Shown here: positions 1 to 10,455 of the stretch, piece by piece
Layout: each line of letters begins with the position of its first letter
How positions within the stretch are numbered: the first letter of the stretch is position 1
Source: Chlorokybus atmophyticus
Lineage: Eukaryota; Plantae; Mesostigma and Chlorokybus algae
Length of the DNA stretch: 64,000 nucleotides
Direction of reading: 5' to 3'
Assembly (NCBI GenBank): GCA_009103225.1
Contig: RHPI01000277.1
Coordinates: 704,074-768,073, forward strand
The notes under the pieces: generated by a model
Databases searched by the model: none
Seen by the model: the letters and a program-made list of their open reading frames with translations, nothing else
What the model was told of the DNA's origin: nothing
Made by a program: the position numbers and the translations under genes

Positions 1-43
1 CACAAAGCTGGACACAAACAACTACAGCACTTGGTGCGTAGAG

Positions 44-3000
44 ATGAAGGCACTACTTATCCACAAGAAGATGTGGAAGTATGTTGACCCGAAGGCATCT
101 GCACCAAGAGCAGGAGAAGAAAGCATCTGGCTTGAACACTCAGCTGAAGCACATTCATTGATGGTGCTTAACTGCAAGCCACATCACTTTCCCATGCTCA
201 CAGCATGTGAAGATGGCAGACAAGCTTGGGAGAAGCTTGCAGCCGTATTTCAAGCCAAGAACAACGCCAGAAAGATACAATTACGCAAGCAGCTAAGTGC
301 GCTTCATAAAGAGACGGCCGAGCCGGTAACAAAATATGTTGCACGTGCGAGAGAGCTGTGGGCGGACCTCATCAACGTCGGCCACAAGATGGAAGAGACG
401 GAGGTCGTATTGGCGATTGTTGCAGGACTGCCATTAGAGTACGAAGTTGTCGCTACTCTGCTCGAGACATCGTCATCGGAGCTAACCCTAGACGATGTGC
501 TACCCAAGTTGCTCACTGTGGAGCAACGCGTCTTAAAGAAGGAAGAGCAAGCGGACTCTGTGGCCTTCTACACACGAGACAAATACAAGAAATTAAGCAA
601 CTATGAAGACAAGAACAAGGCGAAAGGCAGCAACTCAAAGTTCAAGAATCTCACATGCCACTATTGTGGTATTAAAGGACATATCTCAAAGGATTGTCGT
701 AAGCGCCAACGAGAGCAATCTGAAGCAGGCACCAGTAGCAACGCTCAACGCAAAGAAAAGGGTGTTGCATTTATTGCCTCAAGGAAGTTTAATACAACTT
801 CATGGGCAATTGATTCAGGCTGTGACCAGCATCTCACACCGCACAAGGAGGTGATGGAGAACTACAGGAAGATGTCAACCACAAGGAAGGTGGAAGGCTT
901 TAGTGGTCACGAGTTGGAAGCAATAGGAGTTGGTGAAGTGAGGCTTCAATGCAAAATTGGTGATGGTGAGAGAGAGGTGGTACTGCGTGAAGTATTGCAC
1001 GTACCTGGAGCTGCTGCAAGCTTGTTTTCTGTGAGAGTTGCTGAGCGCGTGGGAGCTGAGATAGTGATCCGGGAGGGACGCTGCTCCGTACGCATGGATG
1101 GGGTCGAGTACATGGTCGGCACCCAACGAGGAGGGCTCTACATTGTGGAGCAGACTCATGGCAGCAAGGCCATGATTGTGAAGAAGAAGGAGACGGCTGA
1201 GCTTTGGCATCGAAGGTTCGGGCATTTGGGCTACAGCAACCTCACACGCCTGGTCGCTGAAAACATGGTGAAGGGCATTACTGGGAGCAAGGAAGATTTT
1301 CAAGCGTCTTCAACTACGCTCTGTGAACCCTGTGTGTTGGCCAAGCAGCATCGCATGCCGTTCTCATCATCTTCTTCAAGTAGCAAACATCCCTGCGAGC
1401 TTGTGCACATGGACGTTTGCGGGCCTATGCGCATTGTGGCGAAAGGAGGGGTAAGGTACTTTGCAACATTCCTCGACGACTACAGCAAGCTTTCCATCGT
1501 CTTCCCTTTGATTCAAAAGTCAGAAGTCGCTGGAGCTGTGCGTACAGTCATTGCATTGCTTGAGATTCAATCGGGCAAGAAGATGAAAGCAATGAGAAGT
1601 GATCGAGGAGGGGAGTACATCAACGCCCAGCTCAAAGAGTTCTTCGCCAGCAAAGGCATACGGCATGAGACAACAGCACCATACACTCCGCAGCAGAATG
1701 GAGCAGCTGAACGTCTCAACCGAACGTTGTTGGAGCGTGTTCGAGCCATGCTCAATGACACCAAGTTGGAGGACAGTCTGTGGAAAGAGGCCGTTCTCAC
1801 TGCCAACTACATCCGCAACCGTTCACCGATAAGCTCTGAGCAAAAGACTCCGTGGGAGCTCTTTTACGGTGAAGCGCCAGATGTGAGTGGCATGCGTGTG
1901 TTCGGATGTGTGGCATATGCACTTGTGCCAAGTCAATTGCGACACAAGTTGGAGCCGGTCAGCAAGAAGGGCATCTTCGTTGGCTACGAACCAGGCTCAA
2001 AGGCGTACAAGGTCCTACTGGAGGACACGCGCAAGATTGTGGTGAGCAGAGAAGTCGTGTTCCACGAAGGCTCATCACAAGTTGAAGCTGAAGAAGGTTT
2101 CTACCCTCAAGATGAAGATGACAAAGCACAACCTGAAGAGCTTTCAAGCAGAGAAGAGGTTGAAGGCGAGGCATCAGTCATCAATAAAGAGCAGGGCTCA
2201 TCTGTAGCAGGCGAGAAGCAGAAGCAGCAGGAGCAAGCTCGACGCTACCCAGTGAGGGAAAGACAAGCACCTGACTTCTACAAGGCACACATCGCTAGTG
2301 TGCACAATGACGAGAGTGAAGAACCAAGCACCTACGAGGAGGCATTGCGAGCACCAGATGCAGAACAATGGCAGCGAGCTATGGATGATGAGATTGCATC
2401 ACTCCATGCCAACAACACATGGGTGTTGGAGAAGCCCCCGCAAGGTGTGAAGCCCATTCCGGTCAAGTGGGTGTTCAAGGTGAAGCGTGATGGTCAAGGC
2501 AACATCGAGCGCTACAAGGCAAGGTTGGTGGCAAAGGGATTTTTGCAACAAGAAGGTGTGGATTTCAATGAAGTGTTTGCACCTGCAAGTAAGCATGCAA
2601 CCTTCCGCACATTGATCGCCATGGTTGCTGCTGAAGACCTCGAGTGTCACCACCTTGATGTGAAGACTGCTTTCCTTTACGGAGAGCTGGAGGAAGAGAT
2701 CTACACCAAGCAACCACCAGGCTACGCAGAAGGGGAGCCAGGCATGGCTTGCAAGTTGATCAAGGCTTTGTATGGGCTGCGACAAGCACCACGTGTGTGG
2801 CACATTCGCCTCACGAAAGAGTTGGAGAAACTCGGCTACAAAGCATCCTCAGCGGATCCGGGGCTCTTTATCCATGAAGAGAAGAAGGTTTACTTGCTCG
2901 TGTATGTGGACGACATCATCGTCACGGCCAAGCAAGTTGAAGACCTGAAGCAAACGAAGCACGGATTGCAGCAAGCATTCGCAGTACGCGACCTTGGAGA

Positions 3001-3853
3001 GGTCAAGTTATTTCTTGGCATGGTGATAGAGCGTGACAGAGCAGCACGCACAATCAAGATCAGCCAAGAGCAGATGGTGAAGCAACTTGTCACCAAGTTC
3101 GGACTCAACGAAGCAAAGACCAAGTCTACTCCATTGGCACTCGGCACCAACCTCGTCAAAGCGAAAGATGAGGAAGTACTCGACAAGGCTCAGTATCCCT
3201 ATGGTGAGCTTGTTGGGAGTATGCTCTACCTAGCAGTGTGCACAAGACCCGACATCGCACATGCAGTTGGAGTGCTTGCGCGCTACATGTCTGCACCAAG
3301 CATGGAGCACTGGCGTGCAGCGAAGGGAGTATTGCGCTACGTGGCTGGAAGCGCAAGTGTTGGCATCAAGTTTGGTTGCGGAAGCACAGAGATGGAGGGC
3401 TATTGCGACGCAGACTTTGCAGGTGACCTCGATAGCAGGAGGTCCACCACGGCGTACGTCTTCAAGTTGAATGGAGGCGTGGTGAGCTGGAACAGTAGGC
3501 TGCAACCCACAACAGCTGCATCTACTTCGGAAGCGGAGTACATGGCAGCATCGGCTGCAGTGAAGGAGGGGTTATGGCTTCGCAAGCTGATGGCAGATCT
3601 GGAGCAACCGATGGCGTGCATCACGATCAACTGCGACAACCAAGGCGCCATTAAGTTGCTGAAGCACCCCATCGCCTCGACAAGGACAAAGCACATTGAT
3701 GTCATGCATCACTTTGTGCGAGACAAAGTCACACGCAAGGAGGTTGAGTTCCAATATTGCAATACGGAAGACATGCTCGCGGACTTCATGACGAAGCCAC
3801 TGTCACCGCTGAAGTTCAAGGCATGTTGCAAGGGACTCGGCATATGTGCTTAG
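44..3853 (+). CDS. Copia gag-pol polyprotein (frame is open from position 2, so probably 5'-truncated by the window)
   Basis: Upstream in-frame KLDTNNYSTWCVEMKALL is a typical copia gag N-terminus. Zinc knuckle CHYCGIKGHISKDC; protease WAIDSG; HHCC LWHRRFGH..CEPC; integrase VHMDVCGP/SDRGGEY/QQNGAAER; RT RYKARLVAKGF/LDVKTAF/YVDD; RNase H YCDADFAG/EAEY/DNQGAI/KHIDV. Confidence 0.97.
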   Translation: MKALLIHKKMWKYVDPKASAPRAGEESIWLEHSAEAHSLMVLNCKPHHFPMLTACEDGRQAWEKLAAVFQAKNNARKIQLRKQLSALHKETAEPVTKYVARARELWADLINVGHKMEETEVVLAIVAGLPLEYEVVATLLETSSSELTLDDVLPKLLTVEQRVLKKEEQADSVAFYTRDKYKKLSNYEDKNKAKGSNSKFKNLTCHYCGIKGHISKDCRKRQREQSEAGTSSNAQRKEKGVAFIASRKFNTTSWAIDSGCDQHLTPHKEVMENYRKMSTTRKVEGFSGHELEAIGVGEVRLQCKIGDGEREVVLREVLHVPGAAASLFSVRVAERVGAEIVIREGRCSVRMDGVEYMVGTQRGGLYIVEQTHGSKAMIVKKKETAELWHRRFGHLGYSNLTRLVAENMVKGITGSKEDFQASSTTLCEPCVLAKQHRMPFSSSSSSSKHPCELVHMDVCGPMRIVAKGGVRYFATFLDDYSKLSIVFPLIQKSEVAGAVRTVIALLEIQSGKKMKAMRSDRGGEYINAQLKEFFASKGIRHETTAPYTPQQNGAAERLNRTLLERVRAMLNDTKLEDSLWKEAVLTANYIRNRSPISSEQKTPWELFYGEAPDVSGMRVFGCVAYALVPSQLRHKLEPVSKKGIFVGYEPGSKAYKVLLEDTRKIVVSREVVFHEGSSQVEAEEGFYPQDEDDKAQPEELSSREEVEGEASVINKEQGSSVAGEKQKQQEQARRYPVRERQAPDFYKAHIASVHNDESEEPSTYEEALRAPDAEQWQRAMDDEIASLHANNTWVLEKPPQGVKPIPVKWVFKVKRDGQGNIERYKARLVAKGFLQQEGVDFNEVFAPASKHATFRTLIAMVAAEDLECHHLDVKTAFLYGELEEEIYTKQPPGYAEGEPGMACKLIKALYGLRQAPRVWHIRLTKELEKLGYKASSADPGLFIHEEKKVYLLVYVDDIIVTAKQVEDLKQTKHGLQQAFAVRDLGEVKLFLGMVIERDRAARTIKISQEQMVKQLVTKFGLNEAKTKSTPLALGTNLVKAKDEEVLDKAQYPYGELVGSMLYLAVCTRPDIAHAVGVLARYMSAPSMEHWRAAKGVLRYVAGSASVGIKFGCGSTEMEGYCDADFAGDLDSRRSTTAYVFKLNGGVVSWNSRLQPTTAASTSEAEYMAASAAVKEGLWLRKLMADLEQPMACITINCDNQGAIKLLKHPIASTRTKHIDVMHHFVRDKVTRKEVEFQYCNTEDMLADFMTKPLSPLKFKACCKGLGICA

Positions 3854-3898
3854 GTGAAAGAAGACCAAGCGTTGGAGGCCAAGCTGCCCGCGTGGGAG

Positions 3899-4300
3899 TG
3901 TTGAAGATATTCCTACATCCGGTCAGCCTGCCCTGCATACAAGAGAGAAGAGAAGGGACCTCGATGGGAGGACCTCGAAGACTCCGGACATAAAGGTCCT
4001 GGCGCGGACTGCAGAGAAGGGTCCTAGGAGAATCGTCATATCTCCTAGAATACTCAGTCTTATAGGACGTGGCATAGCTTGTTGGAAAGCTTATTAAGTT
4101 AGCTACGTGGCACATCTTACAGCGTAGGATATGGTTCAGTATATCGGACGCTGTTGCGTGTAGACCAGCAGTGTGTACAAACTGTGTACTGACTGGCGGG
4201 TATATAACCCCGCGGTTTGTTGGTAATAAATCGGGAAGTGTGCTGCCTTCTCCTGTGTGTCATTGCTTGCCCTCTTCACTTGCATGCTTGCTTCTCAACA
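3899..4300 (+). repeat. 3' LTR of the copia element (~402 bp)
   Basis: Starts TGTTGA at 3899 right after GTGGGAG and ends TCAACA at 4300 (6-bp terminal inverted repeat). TATATAA at 4201, AATAAA shortly downstream. The interrupted minus-strand gag frame resumes exactly at 4301. Confidence 0.9.
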
Positions 4301-5875
4301 TTGTGGGCTCCAGTGTTGTTGCTATTGTAGCCACTGAAGTGGTTGCCAGTGTGGCCCCCAGTGTTGTTGCTGTTGTAGCCACTGAAGTTGTTGCCAGTGT
4401 GGCCCCCGGTGTTGTTGCTGTTGTAGCCACCGAGGTAGTTGTGGTTGTAGCTGTTGGCGGGCCTCAACTCTGGGAACTTGAGCCAGCAGACTGACTCCAA
4501 ATGACCAGTCTTGTGACAGTGGTCGCAAACCAAAGTTGAGTATTCTTCGGTGCACTCCTTTTGGTAGTGCCCATGCCGTCCACAGCGATGACACAGCACA
4601 GGGGCAGCAAGTGCAGCATGAGATGACCGTTTCCCTTTGTCGCGTGTTGGTGGAGCGTCCCGGCCACGGTCGCGGCGAGGAGGCTCAGTTGTCGTGCTGA
4701 CTACAGGCCGTACGGCGCTGCGGTTGGTGTCTAGCACTGCCTTCTCATACACCAAGCGCTTGTGGATGGCTTGTGCAGTCTCGAAGGCTTCTGTGAGGGT
4801 GTAGCCAAGGGGCCTGCTGTAGTTCAGAGTCAGGCGTGTCGACTCGCTCAGAGCAGCATCCAACGCATTGACGTATATCACTGCAGCAGCCTCCTCGTTG
4901 ACAATCTTGTAGTCAGTGTCCTTCAGCAGACCTTCCAATCTGGAGTACAAGCGGAGGGGATCCTCATTGGGCTTGCGTCAGAAGCGTCTCTGCTCCTCAA
5001 CCTTGCTGGTGGTCTGAGGAGGGAAGGTACGGCGCAGGGCAGCGTACAGGTCCTTGAGTGGAGAATCAGAGATGGCAGCACCTACGGTGATGGCTGGTGC
5101 GCGCAGTGCTACTGACCCGAGGGTGAAAGCGCTGCCTCCTGCACGAGAGCCAGGTGTTGCTGGAGGTAGAGGAGTACCCCACTCTGCGGCTGCCGCTTGC
5201 TGTACAGCTCTTTGTTCCTCAATGATGATGGCAGAACGGTCAAGGATGCGGACTCGACGTGTGGCCTCCTTGGACTCAACTTCTGCAGGGGTCAAGTTGA
5301 CAAGTACCAACTCTGGTTCCTCCTCCTCTGCCTGCTTGAGAGCTGCAGCTATGGTCAAGCCTGTTACTGCAACTGAAGTGGCAGGTGGAATAACACCTGC
5401 TGAACGATGCAGGGATGCAGATGCTATGGTGCTGGCAAGCTCGCCATAGCCGTCTACTCGATGCAATTCAGCAACGGACTTCCACATCGTGTGCTTCATG
5501 ATCAAGATACTGAGCAGCAATGTGGAAAGAGATCTCATCTGACCAGTCTTTGTTCTTCAGTGCTTGCTGCCGCATCTTGGAGTGGAACTTGATGATGAAC
5601 TCATCCAGCGAGGTGGTGCCGGCACGTCCGGAGAAGCGCAGGGATGTGGTTGAACTGGAAGATTCCATCTCGTTGTCGTCGCTGTCCGATGATAGTGAAG
5701 AAGCTGGATGATTAGGAGTAGAGTGGAGCGGGGTGAAGCTGGAGATGGAGCGCGAGCCTCGGCTGCTGCGGTCGATGCTTCCGTCACTGGCCCGCTCGTA
5801 GGTGAGGTTGGTGGTTGGGCTCCAACTGCTGAGGTCACCCTCGTCTATTGGGGAGAACGGGGTGGGCCTGCTCAT
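4301..5875 (-). pseudogene. Disrupted gag of an older LTR retrotransposon (probably Ty3/gypsy-like)
   Basis: Three ORF pieces (5875-5468, 5538-4978, 4950-4276) join through one frameshift near 5490 and one in-frame TGA at 4978-4980. Two CCHC knuckles (CHRCGRHGHYQKEC, CDHCHKTGHLESVC). The 3' end is cut by the copia LTR. Confidence 0.85.
4310..4430. repeat. 48-bp tandem repeat (~2.5 copies) encoding GYNSNNTGGHTGN(N/H)FS in the gag
   Basis: Unit ccagtgttgttgct(a/g)ttgtagccactgaagt(g/t)gttgccagtgtggccc is directly repeated. Confidence 0.9.
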
Positions 5876-6146
5876 ACAGCTGGTCCAGAGGTGAAAGGGT
5901 AGAGTGCTTGTGCTCTACCGTCTATCCTGATGCTGTTACCACCCAACACACTAGTGCTTGTGCGCACTATGTGATGACAATGATAACGAATGCCCAGCGA
6001 TGTATCCCTGGGTGCAGACTGCACTATCTGATGCAGATTGCAACACACTCACTTGTGCAAAGAGGGTGACACTGTAAGTCAACAAGCCACTACGATAGGT
6101 AGTGCTGTGGACACAGTTCTTTGCATGAGTGGATAGAATGATACAC

Positions 6147-6545
6147 TGTTAAGTGAGGTGAATGAGTGTGCAACACGTGGATACAACACCCTGACTACTG
6201 AAACAACACACCACCGACAAGCTCACAGCAATGACAGGCACAGCGCACAAGAGCATGCACCGTGTCTCACGCAGTAAGGGAATTCTTGGCAGCCGGGGCA
6301 GCGTGCTTCCAGTTCAAGTCGCTTCACAAGCGCTTTAGAAACAGAGTCTTTACTTCTTAGTACTCCTAGTACTCACAGTACTCACTGACAGTGTCACCAG
6401 CCAGTCTGGTGACGTGACTTCCTACTTATACATGTCAAATCATGACCGTGCAGTGCCACGAGGGCATTAGGCCAACGGTCACATCGAGGCCTCATGCTAT
6501 TTCGGAAATCTCCTAAGACTCGATATAGCACATGTGTTCTTAACA
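6147..6545 (-). mobile_element. 5' LTR (~399 bp) of the minus-strand gag element
   Basis: Perfect 7-bp terminal inverted repeat TGTTAAG...CTTAACA. TATAAG on the minus strand at 6430-6425. Lies ~270 bp upstream of the gag ATG. The inner boundary could alternatively be 6073. Confidence 0.7.
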
Positions 6546-6740
6546 GACTTGCAACTGATCAGCTACGCGCGGTCCCTACAGACATGTCTATAAAGTAGCC
6601 CTAGCTACATGCTACATGAGTGGTACAGTAGCTAGCAGTAGGCTGGGGCTCGCGCGGTCTTCATGCTGGTAGCCCGGGCGTGGGGCTGGGTGTAGGCATG
6701 CTTGAGAAGAACTGGCATGCGAGGGTAGATGGCATGACAT

Positions 6741-7321
6741 AAGACTGATGTGTAAATTGCAAGTGCCTGCTAATTAGGTGTAGTCGCCTGTTAAGGCCTG
6801 ATGTGTAACTAACAGGTGCCTGTTAATTATATAAGGTCACATGTGAAGGCCTGATATGTAACTAACAGGCGCCTGTTAATTAGGCATAGTCAGTGTTAAA
6901 GTTTAATTTCTAGCGGAAAGGGCCTGATAGTAACGGAAGTCACTATTAGGTCTCGGTATCGAGATTACAGGTGGACCGAGCCACGACAGTCTAAATTAAT
7001 AGTTTTCGGGTGCACGGCCGTTGCCAATATCTAGTCGGCCGACAGGGGAAACATATTGCAACGATTTGCTATACAGATAGGTCGCCATCGCGCATATGGG
7101 ACGACCGACAATCGGCGGTCACCTTAAAGTGCGGTGTTGCCGTCATAGGGAGGCCGCCGTCGATTGTACCTATCGGCCGACCGCTTGCCGTCGGTATATG
7201 TTGGTTAGTAGTAACGGCCGTCCTAAAAAGTCCCTTTATGGACCAATCCGTTACGTCAGGTACAATCAGGCAGGGTTAGGCACCCATCAGTCCCTTGTCA
7301 GTCACCGCGTAAATTTGTGAC
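6741..7321. mobile_element. Rearranged terminal fragments of the non-coding TIR element family seen intact at 35370-36944
   Basis: 6948-7062 matches 36831-36944 in direct orientation. 7073-7321 matches the reverse complement of 35370-35627 (roughly 85% by eye). Three ~53-bp subterminal tandem units at 6741-6900. Confidence 0.8.
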
Positions 7322-7546
7322 GAATGAGACGAGGCGCTAAGCTTGCTCTTGCCCGTCGGCAAGCTCCTGGCGTTGGCGTTGGCGTTAGCGGAGGCGGCGG
7401 TCCGCCTGCTGGTGAAGATCGCCCACCGCCACCACAACATCTTAACAATGGCAATTTAAAGGCATGCAATCGAAAACTTGAGAAATGAAGGACAAAATTG
7501 GAAAAAAAAACGAAACAAAACAATATCATCGTTGTACAAGCTACTT

Positions 7547-8500
7547 TATCATGTTGCGTGTCCAGACGGGCTCATACTCAACGAGCACGCCAATATTCAG
7601 ACTATATCCCAGGCTACAGGCATTGTTCGTAACATCGTCCGTGGTACCATTCCTCTTGTCGCGATGTCAGCATGAGTCCGTGGGGAAGACCTGACCACTC
7701 AAACGATCATCCTCGTAAATGTCAACACGTAGCTGACCCGTTGTCCGTCACCATTCGTAGGTCCCTTGCGCCGACTGATCCACTAGTTCTGTGTCCGCAA
7801 GGGCTCCTACTGTAGCTAATCCGTTGTGAGTCAACCGAGCTTCTGTGGGACTCGCAACAAGCCATTACAAGCAACACTGATCAGTAGTCACACTGCTAGA
7901 AAATAGGCATGTTTGTGTCTGTGCCTGTGTTGCTCTTTATAACACTAGTATTTACGCGGTAGTATAAGTAATTTCAGTAGTCACTTGTACACTTCGTGAT
8001 ACTGTGAGTGAGATTCCAAAGTTGAGTCTTGAGTTCCGGTGTGGTATGCAAGGCTTGGTTTGGGTGGGCTTGCATTGTTTATGCTTGGCGTATTGGTTGT
8101 GACGCGCGAAGCCAGCAAGTTGTGAAACAGATGCCATTATGTACACCCGGTCGCCCCGATTGCTAACAAACCTTTATTGTGAGAGAGTGCGGCATTCTGC
8201 AAGGCATTGCTCTTACTACGGATGAACTTGGTGACATACACGTGGGTGGTGTGCTAGTCTATTTCGAGTGTAGTATCAGCTAGTTGCTGCATTCATTCAC
8301 CTCATTTAACAATTTAGACCCATTCTCTATAACTTCACTGCAAGGACTGTGTCATAGAATTATGACTAATGATAGCTTGTTAAAAGCTTTCCCCCATGGT
8401 TATTAATATGTTTGCCCCTTCATGTATAATCGCGTGGGAGCCATCTTACGTGCTTGTACACAGTATTCTCGGCAACAGGGTACTCTTTTGCCTTTACCGT
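7547..8500 (+). mobile_element. Diverged LTR (~7547-8311) plus leader, related to the 6147-6545 LTR family
   Basis: Ends cattcattcacctcatttaaca, like the minus-strand LTR end cactcattcacctcacttaaca. TATAAG at 7963. U3 and leader align with the 9362-10330 unit. 5' boundary approximate. Confidence 0.6.
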
Positions 8501-9361
8501 AGTGTCCACAACCGCTGGGACATATGCACAGTCATCCATACACACTAGCTCTCCCACCCAATGGCATCTCGAGACGGTTTTGCACTTGACCCCATATAGC
8601 CCGACAGCTTGCTGTTGATGAGGTGGGTGGGTGGGTTGACTCCAAAGGGGNTCGACAGATACCCCTTCTGCCCAAGGAAAACCCGTCCTTCTCGACCCCG
8701 ATCATCCCGGCCTGTCACAGTATGAAAATACGAACGCTGCCTCGAGCTTAACGCATGCTGCTGCACTAACAGCAGGCGCTGGCGGCGGCGGCAGTGTGGT
8801 GGCGGCTTGTTGGGGGCGACCAGGTGAGCTTGTCAGTGTGTGTTACAGTGACGTCAGAAATATTTGCAGCTGTCACAGTCGTGGCATGGGGATGAGTAGA
8901 CATCATTGGTTGTTGCTGGCATTAGCAACACAGGTTGAGAGTGTCAGCGCTTCGTGTGGATAGCAGCAGCGCCTGTGTTGGATGCAGCAAGCTTAGATCT
9001 GTCCTTATTGATTGGGTGCCTGAGCAATTGCCTGCTGATGGACGGATTCTGACTGCGGATGCTGCCTTGCGTGTGTGGGACTCACCGCGTAGATGGGTGC
9101 GCCGCGTAGTTGAGCTCACATTGGGCGAGCTGGGGGGGGGCAATTTGATGTGGATGCTACTGGTGCCAAAAAGCAAACAAGAACATGATCACAATTGCAC
9201 ACACTAGCCATGGGTAGCTGTGCTACCTAATACACACGCACACAATTGCACTTGGTAATATAGCACCCAGCAGTATCATGATTGCCAACGTGTTGTCACT
9301 CGTCATGGGAATTAAGTAAATGAATATAGTATACAGGTGGCAACTGGTGGTTGTGGTGTGT

Positions 9362-10330
9362 TGTCATGCTAATCGTTGAGGAGGGCTTATCCTCCTTGTA
9401 TATGCCTACATACAGCCTGCATCCCGGGCTACCAGCATCCGAGTTCCCTTCAACCAGTCCTACTCTCCCGCGCTTCTAGTTCCAGGACAGTCCTCGTAGG
9501 GACCCCGCGTAGCTGATACATTGGAGTTCCGACCCTACCACACGTCTTCGCAGCCATCCGTTGAAAGTCACGACCCTTCAAGCCTCGCGTTTCAGGATTT
9601 TCCAGTCATGAGATCCCTCGCTTGATCATAACTGATCCGTTGTGAGCCTATCACGCTGATAGTGGACAAACTCGCTTTTTGCCCATGCAGACCAGACAGC
9701 TTAATAGTGAACAGCCAACGAATAGCCGTGCTTAGACCGGTTAAGCTTGCTGAACCAATGGCTCATATGTGTTAATACAATAGCATATGTAGGCAGACTG
9801 TTGACTTGTATACTCGATAAACCTGTGAGTGAGTATGAGTGCATTGACTTGAGAAAGTGTAATAAAGCTTTCAGTTGTGAAGCTTGAAGCCTGTTATTGC
9901 ATGCTGCGAGTGTTGCGTTGTGTGAGCCTACGAGTCCGCAAGTCGTGAAGGGGTGCGATTGCGCACAGCAAGCCGTCCCGTTGTCAAGAAGCCTTCATAC
10001 TTGTGAGAGAGTGCAGCGACTGCAGCATGTGCATTATCTCTCATTGTGTGCGATCTCTATTGTGCTGTCGGCACATTGTGAACAATTACCAACCGTGTGG
10101 CATCGCTTTGTTGCTACATTCATTCACCCTACTTAAGTTGATAAGACACATTTTCACTGATACAAGGTTCTGTAGTCACAGCGCTACCTCTTGTAGTGGC
10201 TTGTTCACGTATGCTATCCCTAACTAGTATCAAGACTCCCTTTTGTTCTACCTCATCCATGGAATCGTAGTCAGCCCTTTCCACTTGCACACTTCTAGCA
10301 GGGGGGTACTCTTTTGCCTTCACTCTTTTT
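9362..10330 (+). mobile_element. Second diverged LTR (~9362-10136) plus leader of the same family
   Basis: Shares the gggct..atccc.ggctac..gcat U3 block with 7568ff, the LTR-end motif cattcattcaccctacttaa, leader cacagcgctacc..gtagtggcttgtt (as at 6115-6080 minus) and gggtactcttttgcctt (as at ~8478). Confidence 0.6.
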
Positions 10331-10455
10331 ATAGCAGCATGCAGCGCACTGCTGCACTGCTTCCCCAACCACATCACAGTTCCTCTGGTGCTGTCTAAAA
10401 AGGTTCAGCGCACCTTGCGCATCCCGACCGTGTAGTGCGTCTAACGCTACTCTAT

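Larger units (their letters stand above)
1..4300 (+). mobile_element. Ty1/copia LTR retrotransposon (5' LTR and gag start lie upstream of the window)
   Basis: Single uninterrupted gag-pol ORF in copia domain order (PR-IN-RT-RH), followed by a TG...CA LTR. Confidence 0.97.

Noticed and set aside
6741-6900. Repeat-spacer pattern as a CRISPR array
   Set aside because: Eukaryotic context, degenerate ~53-bp tandem units and no cas genes; these are transposon subterminal repeats.
8429-8438. CGCGTGGGAG identical to the copia pre-LTR sequence
   Set aside because: A 10-bp match not followed by an LTR start; compatible with chance.
8935-9207. 90-aa ORF with splice-like signals between the LTR units
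   Set aside because: No recognisable motif; lies in decayed TE interior.
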